Of a DNA stretch of 64,000 nucleotides, positions 1 through 14,893 are shown one piece after another. A model generated the notes under the pieces. It was not told the DNA's origin, did not search any database, and was given only the letters and a program-made list of their open reading frames with translations. A program made the translations under genes and the position numbers. The DNA is taken from the NCBI GenBank assembly GCA_964016885.1, contig OZ024742.1, positions 228,470,001 to 228,534,000 of the forward strand. Direction: 5' to 3'. Origin of the DNA: Eledone cirrhosa. Its lineage: Eukaryota. Numbering within the stretch: the stretch's first letter is position 1; every line of letters begins with the position of its first letter.

Positions 1-29
1 TATATATATATATGTATATATATATGCAT

Positions 30-160
<131 letters not shown>

Positions 161-170
161 ATGAGTGAGA

Positions 171-283
<113 letters not shown>

Positions 284-680
284 AGCGAGAGAGAGAGAGT
301 GACTGAGACATAGTGAGAGAGATATAGAGAAGAGACAACAATCACGATATAATCAAATATTTATCAACAAACAGACTTATAGATGTTAATATTTTAAATA
401 CGTCTTTACTTATCTATTCTCCGTCTATTCTCTTTACTTTCTTTACTTTATTCTCCTTCTCCCTATTCGTATTCTGTGACTTGTCGAACATAAATCACCA
501 ACACTACAGTCAACTCGACGTGTCTTCTAATAGAAAGCTGATATCAACAAAAGATAGACTACTTTAATTCTTTTATATATTTCTCTTCGTTTCATTAACA
601 TTGTTACTTTAACAGAAACATCTCCCTCTCTTTCTCTGTCTGTCTCTGTCTCTGTCTGTGTCTCTGTCTGTCTCTCTCTG

Positions 681-755
<75 letters not shown>

Positions 756-1189
756 ACATCCTACATCAAACAGTGGCAAACTTAGCCAAGTAGACATTCA
801 TTTACAAGCTGCTTGTTCACACTGATCATCGTCTAAACCAATGGAGAATCCTTCATCATTATCATCATCATCCTTTTTGGATCATAGTGTGAATAGTTAA
901 GTATTGCACAGACACGTGTATCCTTAACATAATTCTCAGGCATAACCAGCATCTGTGTGACAAAACTGGACTTTGAATTACAGGCACAATCTATCTTGTA
1001 TTACAGCGTAAGTGGTCGAGTATTCCGAAGACACGTACAATTACCCTTACCGTAATTCCCAAACTGATTGAGTGACACAATATGTAAAATGCTGGACCTT
1101 TAAATTACAGGTACAATCTTTTTTTTAATCATTGTGTAAATTATTAAGTATGTCCTGAATATAATTCCCAAGTCGTATCAGTGACAAAA

Positions 1190-1320
1190 CATATTATGTT
1201 AAGATAATATAAGATTATTTACATGTTATGTTAAGATAATATGAGATTATTAACATGTTGTTAAGATAATATAAGATTATTAATATGTTATGTTAAGATA
1301 ATATAATATTATGTTAATAT
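1190..1320 (+). repeat. ~30-bp tandem repeat, about 4 copies
   Basis: tatgttaagataatataagattatt.a.atgt units. Confidence 0.8.
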
Positions 1321-1404
1321 AAGTTACTAGACCACCTGTGACCCGTTGGGTCACGTTCATTTAAAATAATTTTTACAGCTCTCGCTTTCTCTCTCTCCCA
1401 TTTT

Positions 1405-1512
<108 letters not shown>

Positions 1513-2122
1513 TTCAATCTACTCTCTCACAACCGCTATCTCTTTCTCTCTGTCTTTCTCTCTATCTCTATTTACGAAGGTACCCGGAAAAACCCCGTAT
1601 CTCGGGAACTCGTGCTCCGACTTACGCGAAACTTGTTTTATTCCATTTGTATTCCCATTTCAGGGGCAACTTCCTTTCAAGGTTTTCCCCCCAGTATGCG
1701 CCGTTTTGGCTGTGTTATATTACAAACAAGCACACAATCACAGAGTTTTAGTAGTATATAGATAGTCTATCTTATATTATAGCATAAGTGGTTCTAAAGA
1801 TACAGGTCTTCTTAACATTACCCAGGCAGCTTCATAATATACAACAAGACTGGATATCTTGAATTACAAGTACTATCCAACTGGACGGCTTTAACACAGT
1901 CTCTGCTCACTCGATTTCACTCAGAAAGCTGGCGTAAATTTGAATCTATGGTAAATAACACTTGCCCGAAATGTCAAGCAGTAAGATCGAATCCGGAACC
2001 CAATGATCGCGAAGCGAACTTCTTAACCACCCAGCCATGCCTACATCCATGTATTAAGGAAAGGTAAGTACGTTAAATACTTCTGTAAAGACTTCGATGG
2101 CTTGTATTTCGTTCATCTATTA

Positions 2123-2441
2123 CACGGGCGTGAAACAGGCGGCCCGCGGGCCACAATCCGGCCCGCCAGACCAGCCAGAGTGGCCCACGATGACCGTTTT
2201 TAATTTTTACCTTGTAGGCTTATTTAGAATTTTTTTCGTAACCGTAATACAATTTTCTGTTAGTTGACCTATACTAAAGGGCTTCACTGATAGGGTTATG
2301 TGTGTCATAATTTCCCAGTTCCATGTCATGGAGAGAAGTTGTGGTGAATCTTTGGAATAGTGCTTAATAAATATTAATGGCCCTAATAGTTGTTCCAATG
2401 TTCAAAAGTGACCCGCCAATGGAATATGTTGCACATCCTTG
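2123..2441. mobile_element. hAT-like MITE
   Basis: Subterminal GCGGCCCGCGGGCCAC..CCGGCCCG motif; degenerate TIRs; TSD-like atctatta / atctagga. Confidence 0.6.
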
Positions 2442-2552
2442 ATCTAGGAAGTATGCCCTCTCTTGTACTTCAATTCATCCATTGTCTGTATAAACTCTAT
2501 AGAACTTTTCTCCCATTGCTCCGCATACGTTATGCACATGAATAACTTTTAA

Positions 2553-2994
2553 CCCTTTTCATACCAACCCGCCAGAAACTGCCCTTGGATTTATGTTATA
2601 AAATTGCCCACTTTAAAATGATTGTGTTTATATTAAAACCGTCCATCAACATTTGATTGAAGAATGTTTTGTTAATTGATGCTCCAAGCATCAGCTTACT
2701 AATGAAAAAAATTAGTTATTTTATTAACCCTTTTGATATCAAACTGCCCGAGACCGCCTTTGTTTCTTAATAGTTTATATTTGTCTAAAAACCTTCCATT
2801 ATAAATTTATGTAAGAACCTTTGTTAAGTTATGTTCCAAACACCAACTTAATTGGAGATAGTTATATTACCAAATCCCGCCAAATTCTTGATTATTAAAA
2901 AAAAATTTGAAATTCCTTCAAATTTTTGTCAATTTTCAAAATTAATTGAAGTATATATACTGTGCCTTTCATTAAAAATAAGGTAACAGAAGGG
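2553..2994. mobile_element. piggyBac-like MITE
   Basis: TTAA|CCCTT ... AAGGG|TTAA ends; a second 5' end is repeated near 2724. Confidence 0.55.
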
Positions 2995-3057
<63 letters not shown>

Positions 3058-3260
3058 GGAAAAGAGTCAGGACCTCCGACTGCTGAGCTCCAGCCGTGGC
3101 GACAGCTAGATCTGAACAGTTTGGATGGATCTAGCTGTTGAAACAGCCGGAACTCAGTCGGCGGGGTCCTGACTATTTTCCTATTACCCACTCTACTAGC
3201 CTAAGTATTGAGTACTCTGGTGCGTTATGGTCCACCTGGTATCTTACCACACCCTCTTTG

Positions 3261-3294
<34 letters not shown>

Positions 3295-3514
3295 TTTGTC
3301 TGATGAAGGCATACCATAATTTAATTTGGTATCCCTGAAATATGTATAATGAAATAAATATGGTTTCATAAATATAGTTTCCATTTATTAATATCGTATA
3401 TCTACTCCAAATACTTGTCGAGTGCTTTATATCAGTTATAAAAATATTTACTTGTTGTATCCCAACAATTTTAAATAGAACTTTTGCATATATATATATA
3501 TATATATATTTTAT

Positions 3515-3564
<50 letters not shown>

Positions 3565-3567
<3 letters not shown>

Positions 3568-4961
3568 CTTTCACTCACTCATTCTCTGTCACTACCTCTC
3601 CTCCTCCTCTTTCCTCCTCCTCCTTCAAGTTTGACCTGTGTGTAATTCTTTTCTCGCGCGGTCTTGACCAAGCTGGTATGGAAATTTTTTTCTCTCTCTC
3701 TCTTTCGTCTGCGACTTCACAAAACTTATGTTTACCGAATTCGTAGACCAGACCCTTTTATCTTCTTCTTCTTCTTCTTCTTCTTCTTCTTCTTCTTCTT
3801 CTTCTTCTTCTTCTTCTTCTTCTTCTTCTTCTTCTTCTTCTTCTTCTTCTTCTTCTTCTTCTTCTTCTCTCCTTTTTCCCCCCTGTCAGACTTGTGCGAA
3901 ATTCTTTCCTTGCTCACATTTCAACCAGGTTTGATGGTCTTTTGTCTCTTGTTCACGATTTCACCGAGTTTATATTCATAGAGATCTGGGACTTGTCTAT
4001 TTCTTCTCCCTTTCCGTTGCTTAAACCTTTTTGTTTGTTACCCTGGCGTCCCCTTTGTTTACGTGTCCCAACGACTTTTTTTAGCCGTTGTTCGCACCAA
4101 CCTGAGGCATATGGCCCTTAAAGCGATGAAATGCCTGGGACGGTTGGAAGGTCACTGATGAAGGACTTACTTTTTCATATGCCCAACCATTTGCAACGGG
4201 CAGCCTATTATTATCATATTTACACATAATTTTTCTTCTGCTGCCACTCGTCTGTTCGTTTTTACCCTTTCTAGCAGTCTCTCTCTCTGTTAGCCTCCTC
4301 CTCAACTTTCACTCACTCATTCTCTGTCACTACCTCTCCTCCTCCTCTTTCCTCCTCCTCCTTCAAGTTTGACCTGTGTGTAATTCTTTTCTCGCGCGGT
4401 CTTGACCAAGCTGGTATGGAAATTTTTTTCTCTCTCTCTCTTTCGTCTGCGACTTCACAAAACTTATGTTTACCGAATTCGTAGACCAGATCCTTTCTTC
4501 TTCTTCTTCTTCTTCTTCTTCTTCTTCTTCTTCTTCTTCTTCTTCTTCTTCTTCTTCTTCTTCTTCTTCTTCTTCTTCTTCTTCTTCTTCTTCTTCTTCT
4601 TCTTCTTCTTCTTCTTCTCTCCTTTTTCCCCCCTGTCAGACTTGTGCGAAATTCTTTCCTTGCTCACATTTCAACCAGGTTTGATGGTCTTTTGTCTCTT
4701 GTTCACGATTTCACCGAGTTTATATTCATAGAGATCTGGGACTTGTCTATTTCTTCTCCCTTTCCGTTGCTTAAACCTTTTTGTTTGTTACCCTGGCGTC
4801 CCCTTTGTTTACGTGTCCCAACGACTTTTTTTAGCCGTTGTTCGCACCAACCTGAGGCATATGGCCCTTAAAGCGATGAAATGCCTGGGACGGTTGGAGG
4901 GTCACTGATGAAGGACTTACTTTTTCATATGCCCAACCATTTGCAACGGGCAGCCTATATT

Positions 4962-4965
<4 letters not shown>
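3565..4965 (+). repeat. Direct tandem duplication (~740 bp period) of a pLTR-like unit containing (TTC)n
   Basis: ~3566-4220 and ~4304-4965 are nearly identical and differ mainly in TTC copy number; (TA)n flanks. Confidence 0.85.
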
Positions 4966-5034
<69 letters not shown>

Positions 5035-5248
5035 GCTCATTGAAATGATCATAGTATAATAAACCTTTGAAGGATTTACACAAGTCCAGCCTCCTGTCAT
5101 TTCATTATAATATTTAACTCCGTACTAGCACCACCAACTACAAAAACAAAGACGGTTGAATTACTTTACGTTGAGTACTCTCCATATTATTACATTAAGA
5201 TTGACCATACGGAATTGACCACCTCTATCCAGTGGTGAACCTCAAACC

Positions 5249-5861
<613 letters not shown>

Positions 5862-5863
<2 letters not shown>

Positions 5864-6748
5864 AAGGTTAGAAACTCAAAATAGTCTCTTACAATAAAAT
5901 AGCTCTAAGAAAGAGATTTTTCCGAGCCGTATATTATAATTGAATATAAAAGAAAAACGAACACAGATATATACATTATGTGTTCAAATCGTAAGGGACC
6001 AGATTCGCTAAGGTGAAAAGAATACTAACTATAGACAATAGGGTTTGCCTGTCTCAATTTAAGAAAAAATCAAGAAAATAAATACAAACCGGAATTGTGG
6101 TAACTACCAATCTCGCAGACAGCTCTTGGTGCTGTTTCGCAATATTAATTGTGAATAGAAATACCAATTCTAGCTCATCAGTGGGTGAAGAATTCGTATC
6201 CTAGACATTTCTAAGTATATTAAGACACTGAATAGTGTGCTATATATAATAACGCACATGGTATCTTAGCGTGTCTCACAAACTTACACCACTAAAAATA
6301 GCAGCCAGGTTTATTCGACATATACCTTTGATATATTCGGCTCCGTTAATTTGTTGAGCTATTTCAAATGTCGAATAAACCTGGCTGCTATTTTTAGTGG
6401 TGTAAGTTTGTGAGACACGCTAAGATACCATGTGCGTTATTATATATAGCACACTATTCAGTGTCTTAATATACTTAGAAGTGTCTAGGATACGAATTCT
6501 TCACCCACTGATGAGCTAGAATTGGTATTTCTATTCACAATTAGTATTGCGAAACAGCACCAAGAGCTGTCTGGGAGATTGGTAGTTACCTCAATTCCGG
6601 TTTGTATTTATTTTCTTGATTTTTTCTTAAATTGAGACAAGCAAACCCTATTGTCTATAGTTAGTATTCTTTTCACCTTAGCGAATCTGGTCCCTTACGA
6701 TTTGAACACATAATGTATATATCTGTGTTCGTTTTTCTTTTATATTCA

Positions 6749-6757
<9 letters not shown>
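5862..6757. mobile_element. PLE-derived foldback element with ~390 bp arms and a ~70 bp unpaired tail
   Basis: Arms ~5931-6321 and ~6368-6757 are inverted with few mismatches; tail 5862-5930; (TA)n on both sides; contains a hammerhead motif. Confidence 0.85.
6504..6575 (+). ncRNA. Type I hammerhead ribozyme
   Basis: CCCA-CTGATGA-GC(long loop)GC-GAAA-CAGC accaaga GCTG-TC-TGGG: canonical core and a GUC cleavage triplet. Confidence 0.8.
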
Positions 6758-6841
<84 letters not shown>

Positions 6842-6967
6842 TTGAAAAAAAATGAAAACGAAATTTCATTTCTCACTCTTAGTATGGCACTTACTTAAAT
6901 GTAAGTATGTATGTATACGTACATACATATATGTATACAGACGTACAGTAGCATGCATATATATATA

Positions 6968-7297
<330 letters not shown>

Positions 7298-7549
7298 TAT
7301 ACACACATATACATACAGGTACACATACATATATGCACGCATCAGTTTAGCGGACGCTTATTATAACGCCGCTTTGTTCGTTTGTAAACAAACTGAACAG
7401 CCTGAATTTATGCCATACGGCGTTAACACCGTATGGCATAAATTCAGGCTGTTCAGTTTGTTTACAAACGAACAAAGCGGCGTTATAATAAGCGTCCGCT
7501 AAACTGATGCGTGCATATATGTATGTGTACCTGTATGTATATGTGTGTA

Positions 7550-7589
<40 letters not shown>

Positions 7590-8019
7590 CATGCTACTGT
7601 ACGTCTGTATACATATATGTATGTACGTATACATACATACTTATATATATATATATATAAATATTTACACATACACCAATTAAACAAAGTCACAGGTATA
7701 TATGTGTTTTGACAACTTTTCACGTGAGTTAATCCTGGTATGTATATAAGCATTTCTAACATTAATTTTTACCCAATTATGTATGGTTGACCGTATATCT
7801 AATTAATTTCCACCTGCTGTTGAAATGTTGGGTAAATATTCTATAGCGGTTGCACGCGAAGGCGCCACAATAGCGTATTTATTTACTGTTTCTTCATAGG
7901 TGCCTTTTATTCTTATAGCCTGGTCTAATTGATTTTTTGTGTGGTTAATTATGGGGATTGGGAGTAGAGATGATGTATATATATTATCAAATAATTCTCT
8001 GGACATGCTTTACTCTATA

Positions 8020-8135
<116 letters not shown>

Positions 8136-8324
8136 ATTTATACACGCACGACGACGTGGACAGAATAGTATTTGATAATCCCTGAACATATTTGTTTACT
8201 GTGTCATTTTCTTACTAAGTTGTCATGACGTCATAACATTTTAGGCTAGATTTACGGAGACGTCAAAAATATTTCATGCATGTTTAAGCATGTTGTACTG
8301 AATATATATCTATATATCTATATA

Positions 8325-8396
<72 letters not shown>

Positions 8397-8821
8397 CAAA
8401 GAGATATTTAATTTGCTGGTAATTCAACAGATTCGAAGCACTCGCCAAGTTTCCTGGAGTATAATATCGATGATATTAATAAATGGAAACTATATTTATA
8501 AAACCATATTTATTTTATTATATATATTTCAAGGGTACCCAAAAAAGTTTGGTACGCTCTCATCAGATAAAATACAAAATTTGTTTTATAAATAGTGACA
8601 TACCCGATAAACCTGATAAACAAAATATAGTTTCCATTTATTAATATCTTTGATATATATATATATATATACGTACACACTCACACACATACATATATAT
8701 ATATGCAAACACACATACACACATATGTATGTATGTATCTATGTATGTACGTACGTACGTACGTATGTATGTATGTATGTATGTATGTATGTATGTATGT
8801 ATGTATGTATGTATGTATGTA

Positions 8822-9627
8822 TGTTTTCTCTTTCTCTTAATTTCGAGTATATTTTTTTGACCGGCCACCTTCCTGGTGGCAAGGTTGTAAAAGAAAAGAA
8901 ATTGTCATCCCTTGAATCGCAAGAATGTTTTGCATATTTTGAAGGTGCCAGCTATCGCAGCCATTTGTAGACTATGAATTAGGGAGCTGCGCTTTTTGTC
9001 CGCAAATCCAAGTTCGGTCATACTTTGGTCCAAGCGGGTTGGTATATAACCCGTAGCACCAATAATGATGGGTATGAAGCTAAAGGTGTATCTTGGATAC
9101 TGGATTTGTAAGCTCCTCATCAATGGTCCGTAGATGTCCTCCTTCTCCTGTATTTTTCTGACAACGTTTACATCAAGTGGGCAGCTGATCTCCACAACAG
9201 AACACGTTTTCAATGTCTGGTCCCAAACAACAATATCAGGCCGGTTGTGCTTTAATTTGGTGGCAGTTTTTATTTTCAGGTTCCACCAGTATTCCTTAGT
9301 GCCATCTGTCTCAATATATTCTTCCTCGTTTGTTGTTAATTTTGTTTTCCGAAGTGCGTTCCAGATAGTTCTAGCTATCCCATCGTGTCTCATGGGGAGG
9401 TAGTAGCGAGATGACATTCTTTCGCAGCTGGCAACAATGTGGCTTACATCCTCGATCTTTGTTTTACATAGCCTACATTTATTGTCAGCTGCTGGCCCTC
9501 CTCTTTTGTGCAGCAGATATTTGGTAGGGAGTTCTTGTTCCTGTATTGCATAGAGATATCCCTCAAGGTGTGATGTCATAAACTTGTCGGAACTCCATGC
9601 CAGGCTTTTTGAGTGGTTTATCCCCTC
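8822..9627 (-). mobile_element. Second, shorter copy of the same R4/Dong-like element (RLE domain + 3'UTR)
   Basis: Near-identical to 37372-38178; flanked by (TATG)n on both sides. Confidence 0.92.
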
Positions 9628-9679
9628 TATGTATGTATGTATGTATGTATGTATGTATGTATGTATGTATGTATGTATG

Positions 9680-9713
<34 letters not shown>

Positions 9714-9744
9714 TGTATGTATGTATGTATGTATGTATGTATGT

Positions 9745-10320
9745 ATCCCAGTACAACCTGTCTCATGGTCGGGTCGTTGGCGACTAAACTGGCAACCCCA
9801 CCAAGGTTTCTTGGTGAGGAGGGTGACTTTGGACATCCTGCAGGACTAAAAACAAAACCTGTCAAAGGGCAAAGGAGCTCTTAAGAGTCAATGGCCTTCC
9901 AAAATCACCGTGAGAGATGACCCCTTAGCCTTTGTCAAGGCAGAATTCTAGGAGAAGGAAAACTCTGATATAACACCTGCAACCCTGATGGTATCCAATG
10001 TTGTTGACTTGTTCTTCTTTTTGGTAAATATCATCTTGGTTAAGAGAGTGTGACTGGCTTTGTGCAGTGCCTTTCCCCACTATAAAAGCTCCACCGCACA
10101 GGCATTGCTTTATATCTGGAGATCTCTCTGCACTTGTCGTCACATGGTACCATGGGCCCAGCACTATGTGTTAATAATTGTCAAAAGTGTAGTGTTTGTA
10201 CCAGAGTTTTCAAGTCGCTGGCTGGACTAAAAAGTCACACTCGTTCAGCGCATCTGTAGGGATTCTCCTACATAGATATAAAGTAGTGGACATACTCGAA
10301 AACGAGTTGGCAGCCACCAT
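9745..10320 (+). mobile_element. Copy of the RTE-derived non-autonomous element in (TATG)n
   Basis: Closely matches 28864-29440; (TATG)n on both sides. Confidence 0.75.
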
Positions 10321-10449
10321 GTATGTATGTATGCATGTGTTTATGTATGTATGTATGTATGTATGTATGTATGTATGTATGTATGTATGTATGTATGTAT
10401 GTATGTATGTATGTATGTATGTATGTATGTATGCATGTATGTATATATG

Positions 10450-10546
<97 letters not shown>

Positions 10547-10548
<2 letters not shown>

Positions 10549-11624
10549 CGTTTCTGAATTTGTTTAGCAAGATTCTTTATCTGAAATCGTGTGTTGAAAC
10601 CGATATTGTTATACTTTGGGAGGGCCATGTTGCCAATAAGAAACACACGCACCAGTTGCTTTCACTTCAATTTATTATATATTTATAAATTTATAAATTT
10701 ACAAATCTACAAACTTATAAATTTCTGGTTGGTTGGTTGGTTCCACAACCAGATAGTTGTTTATATATAGTCATAGTCCTTTCATCACACACTCTGTGAC
10801 CTCTTCAGTGACTGGGGATTCCTTTCTTTGTTTCTGTGCCTTTCCTTTCTTCTGTCCTACGCCATTTTGTTTCTGTGTGTGTGTTGTGTGCTCAGTTTGC
10901 GCATGCGCCACATCCGGGTGTCTGTGTGTGTTTGTGTTCATTTATCTATTTGTTTATTTATTTATTTATTTATTTACATGTTGTTGGTTGGTTGTTTGTT
11001 CTATGTGTGTGTGTGTTTTCATTTTGTCCTTAATTGTAAGTTGTGATGTTGCTGTTCCACTCATATTTTCTATTTAATTTTGGTTGTAATTCTTTTATGC
11101 TTACTGCCTTTGTAATTTGCCTAAACATTGCATCAACCAAAATTAAATAGAAAATATGAGTGGAACAGCAACATCACAACTTACAATTATGGACAAAATG
11201 AAAACACACACACACATAGAACAAACAACCAACCAACAACATGTAAATAAATAAATAAATAAATAAATAAACAAATAGATAAATGAACACAAACACACAC
11301 AGACACCCGGATGTGGCGCATGCGCAAACTGAGCACACAACACACACACAGAAACAAAATGGCGTAGGACAGAAGAAAGGAAAGGCACAGAAACAAAGAA
11401 AGGAATCCCAGTCACTGAAGAGGTCACAGAGTGTGTGACGAAAGGACTATGACTATATATAAACAACTATCTGGTTGTGGAACCAACCAACCAACCATCC
11501 ATAAATTTATAAGTTTGTAGATTTGTAAATTTATAAATTTATAAATTTATAAATATATAATAAATTGAAGTGAAAGCAACTGGTGCGTGTGTTTCTTATT
11601 GGCAACATGACCCTCCCAAAGTAT

Positions 11625-11631
<7 letters not shown>
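10547..11631. mobile_element. PLE-derived foldback element with ~470 bp arms
   Basis: ~10603-11083 is the reverse complement of ~11136-11631; tail 10547-10602; (TA)n flanks; same family as 17364-18011. Confidence 0.87.
11410..11454 (+). ncRNA. Minimal type I hammerhead ribozyme (second copy at 17773-17817)
   Basis: AGTCA-CTGAAGA-G-GTCAC agagtgt GTGAC-GAAA-GGAC-TA-TGACT. Confidence 0.78.
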
Positions 11632-11700
<69 letters not shown>

Positions 11701-12694
11701 AAAATAACAGATTAAAGTTTAAGCAAAGAATCGCTGCTTTCACCCTTAACGGGATCTTCTGAAACTAACAAAGTCAATCTGTAAACGCAGAACTGGATAT
11801 TTCAAAAAACGTTGCAACCGGAGGAAGACAGGAAGACGATACTTTGGTTCGTGGTAACGTTCGCTGGCAAAGAACGGGAAAAAACGAATAATACGTCATT
11901 AATAGGAGCGGTGAAAAACAATTACGCGCAAAGACAAAACCACGTTTATGGTATAAAAGCGGTCGTAGACTAATGTTCTCTTAGATGGTGCATAGAGACG
12001 TTCTCTGGCAATGAACGAAAAAACGAAGATAATAAGTCATATGTGGAGCGTGGAGAACAAAAGCACGCAGAGACAAAACCACGTAAATGGTATAGCAGAA
12101 GTCGTAGACTAAAATTCTAACTAGGAGACCAAATGAATCTCCGCTACAGAGTTAAGAACAAAGTAAATAAATATAATACAGAAGTAATAGAAACAAATAA
12201 ATACATACACGCAAACAGATACGTACATACACAAGCATACGCAAAACCTTACCATAGGTATACAAAACCACGCACATATAAATATGTGTGTGTGTGTATG
12301 CTTGTGTACAAATAAATAAATAATTATATAAACGTATATTAGTAAATAAATACGTATATAACAAGCGGACACACACACCTACATATAAATACACGAATGT
12401 TCGGAGACGTAAGTAAACTAAAACAAGAAGTACACATATACACACACCCACCATACGTACGAACCTGCATACTCACTCGGACGCAAAACTCCCGTATACA
12501 CATAGCCAAACCCTAAATACCAGAATATGTAAAAATGATACGCCATAACAGTCAAATGTACGTACGAGAAGGTATACATACCTTCACAAAACATATGGGT
12601 AATATATACTTACCTATGCAAATAAGTAAAGGAATAAACAAAACATATACTTAGCTCCCACATCAAGACGTAAAATATCCACGTATAGATCGTG

Positions 12695-14848
12695 CTATCC
12701 GTTAGGGTATAGCGTGGGGCTGTAATACAGGAAAGTTTTGTGCAATTTATGTTTACAAGCCGAAATTGCCTCAGATTTTTTGTTTAAGATGTGGTCTGTG
12801 GCGTAGAGTATTTCCAGGGCCTCAGCGGCGCAGAGGTCACATGGTCTTTTATTTCCGTTATACGATCTAGCCCTAGCTAGGATCTCCCAATGTAACTTAT
12901 ATTGGGTGTGGTTGTCTTTTAGACTCCAGATATAAGCTGAAAGTGACGTCATATTCCTTCTTAGAGGGTAACGAAAAGAATGGGTATGCATGTAAAGACG
13001 CTGCTTGAAACTATTGGCCGTTAACCCTATGTAGGCCCTACGGGACGTGGGTGTTACAACCTTACATTTGTAGACAATGTTACTAGAGAGGCATTTCCCG
13101 GATAGGGGGCAATCAGCCCGATTCCTACAATTACAGTTAGTACTAACTACAGGGTTGCACGTGTTCCTACGGCTTGGTAGTTTAGCTAAATTTGAAGCTG
13201 TGATGTTATGTGCAAGGTTAGGAGTCGTAGAGTAAGAAATTTTAATAGTATTTCTATTAAAAATTTTACTATATTTGTGTGTAGGGGGAAAATGCTTCGT
13301 AATAAGGGAAAGAAAGATCTTAGCTAATTGTGTGGCCACCTCCATATTATATGGTGGGTTAAACCAACAAATGCGACGGGATCTATTTCTTCTAGGTCTA
13401 ATTTCATACTCTGTATATGCTACCTTATCGACAAATCCACTTCGAGCAAGAGCTTCATTGTAATAAGTGGAATGGTCGTTGAAAATGCGCTCGTTGGTGG
13501 AAAGACGGGAAAGCCTCAACGAAACGTTTCTTACCAGGTTCTTGGTTATGCTGGCAGGATGGTTGGAATGCTTACTTATGTAATTAAGCGTATCATTCAG
13601 CTTTCTATACGGGTAATACAACCCATTCAATAAATTGAGGGTAACGTCGAGGTAATTAACGACCGAGAGATTGGCCTCAACCTGTATAGAGAGGTTGAAG
13701 CCTTTAAAGAAGGCTGTGAGTTCTTTTCTGAACCTGTCGCAAGCACGAGGTCCGCACTTAGTCATGGTCAAAAGACCATCGTCACGGTACAAACCACCGC
13801 CCGCGTTGGGGAATTCGTCCTTGATAGAGAAAAGAAGGAAAAGGCCAATAAGATCAGTAACCTCCGCAGAGTCACTGGCACCCATACTCACGTCGAATGG
13901 GGTACTATTCGATTTTTTAATCCAAATAGAGTCGTCGAAATTAATCACCGACTTTCGGGCATTAAGGATGACATCAACTTCAAAATCCTTAACCACTGTG
14001 AGTGTTTTAGCGAAATTGATAGCTCTGAGGAGAAGTGGTAAAGTGATGGAGGAGTAGTAATTGTTGATGTCGAATTGGATAAAGCGGCAATGTTCCTTGT
14101 TACATATGCCGTTGAACCAATCAATCACCGCGAAAGAATTGTTCCACAGTGCGAGAGGGGCCAAACTTCTAATTTCAGGTATAATTCTATCAAAAATCGT
14201 TTTACTAAGTCTACCTAAATCGGACTTCGTAGGGTTAATAAGCCGAATAGAGGGGTTGTTCGGAAAATTGGATTTGTGATCCTTCAGGGTAAAATGGGGA
14301 GAGATAGGGTCCAGAGGTTCGGTCCAGTCCAGGATGTTGAGATCAGATGTGATTTTAAACCCAGCATCGTTGATTTCATTGATGACGCACCGATTAGTTT
14401 TACGGTAATCCTTAGTTACAGCATTATGTAGTAGTTGATGGTAAGTACTGCGCTCCACTTGATATAGGTTGCCAGTTTTGTCGGAATGGACGTGCACGGC
14501 GTTAGAATCCTTAATAGAACGAATTCTATTCTTCAGGTCTTGCTGGAAGGAATTGCTCCTATTCCGAAATTTGATATTCCGAATGAGTTCCAAGACATCA
14601 TTTTCGAAGGGTAGCAAAGCTGGGTTCCACGGAGGGTTATTATAAGTTTTAAATCCAAATTTATCCCGTTTGTTGTCTGCTTTTCGCGGGTCTACGACCT
14701 CTTTTATACCATAAACGTGGTTTTGTCTTTGCGCGTAATTGTTTTTCACCGCTCCTATTAATGACGTATTATTCGTTTTTTCCCGTTCTTTGCCAGCGAA
14801 CGTTACCACGAACCAAAGTATCGTCTTCCTGTCTTCCTCCGGTTGCAA
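12695..14848 (-). CDS. PLE reverse transcriptase + GIY-YIG endonuclease; the first ~53 codons are read from the inverted pLTR, and RT homology starts near 14690
   Basis: RT motifs FIQFDINNYYSSI, FDVSMGASDSAEVTDLIG, YRDDGL and VNYLDVTL. Also WFNPPY, a CNCxxxxxCPLxGxC linker, GIY-YIG IVYKC...AYIGLT...FKQR, and C-terminal CDLC...CKH. No internal stops. Confidence 0.92.
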   Translation of the reverse strand: MQPEEDRKTILWFVVTFAGKEREKTNNTSLIGAVKNNYAQRQNHVYGIKEVVDPRKADNKRDKFGFKTYNNPPWNPALLPFENDVLELIRNIKFRNRSNSFQQDLKNRIRSIKDSNAVHVHSDKTGNLYQVERSTYHQLLHNAVTKDYRKTNRCVINEINDAGFKITSDLNILDWTEPLDPISPHFTLKDHKSNFPNNPSIRLINPTKSDLGRLSKTIFDRIIPEIRSLAPLALWNNSFAVIDWFNGICNKEHCRFIQFDINNYYSSITLPLLLRAINFAKTLTVVKDFEVDVILNARKSVINFDDSIWIKKSNSTPFDVSMGASDSAEVTDLIGLFLLFSIKDEFPNAGGGLYRDDGLLTMTKCGPRACDRFRKELTAFFKGFNLSIQVEANLSVVNYLDVTLNLLNGLYYPYRKLNDTLNYISKHSNHPASITKNLVRNVSLRLSRLSTNERIFNDHSTYYNEALARSGFVDKVAYTEYEIRPRRNRSRRICWFNPPYNMEVATQLAKIFLSLITKHFPPTHKYSKIFNRNTIKISYSTTPNLAHNITASNLAKLPSRRNTCNPVVSTNCNCRNRADCPLSGKCLSSNIVYKCKVVTPTSRRAYIGLTANSFKQRLYMHTHSFRYPLRRNMTSLSAYIWSLKDNHTQYKLHWEILARARSYNGNKRPCDLCAAEALEILYATDHILNKKSEAISACKHKLHKTFLYYSPTLYPNG

Positions 14849-14893
14849 CGTTTTTTGAAATATCCAGTTCTGCGTTTACAGATTGACTTTGTT

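Noticed and set aside
9925-10164. Repeated 79-aa ORF MLGPWYHV... (also at 29045 and 35639) as a gene family
   Set aside because: It is the antisense of a multi-copy non-coding retroelement, has a non-ATG start and shows no recognisable domain.
12695-14848. Selenoprotein-type Naiad (in-frame TGA at Cys positions plus SECIS)
   Set aside because: The ORF has no in-frame TGA and its cysteines are TGT/TGC. The internal stop in the 42441-42938 relic is TAA at a non-Cys site.
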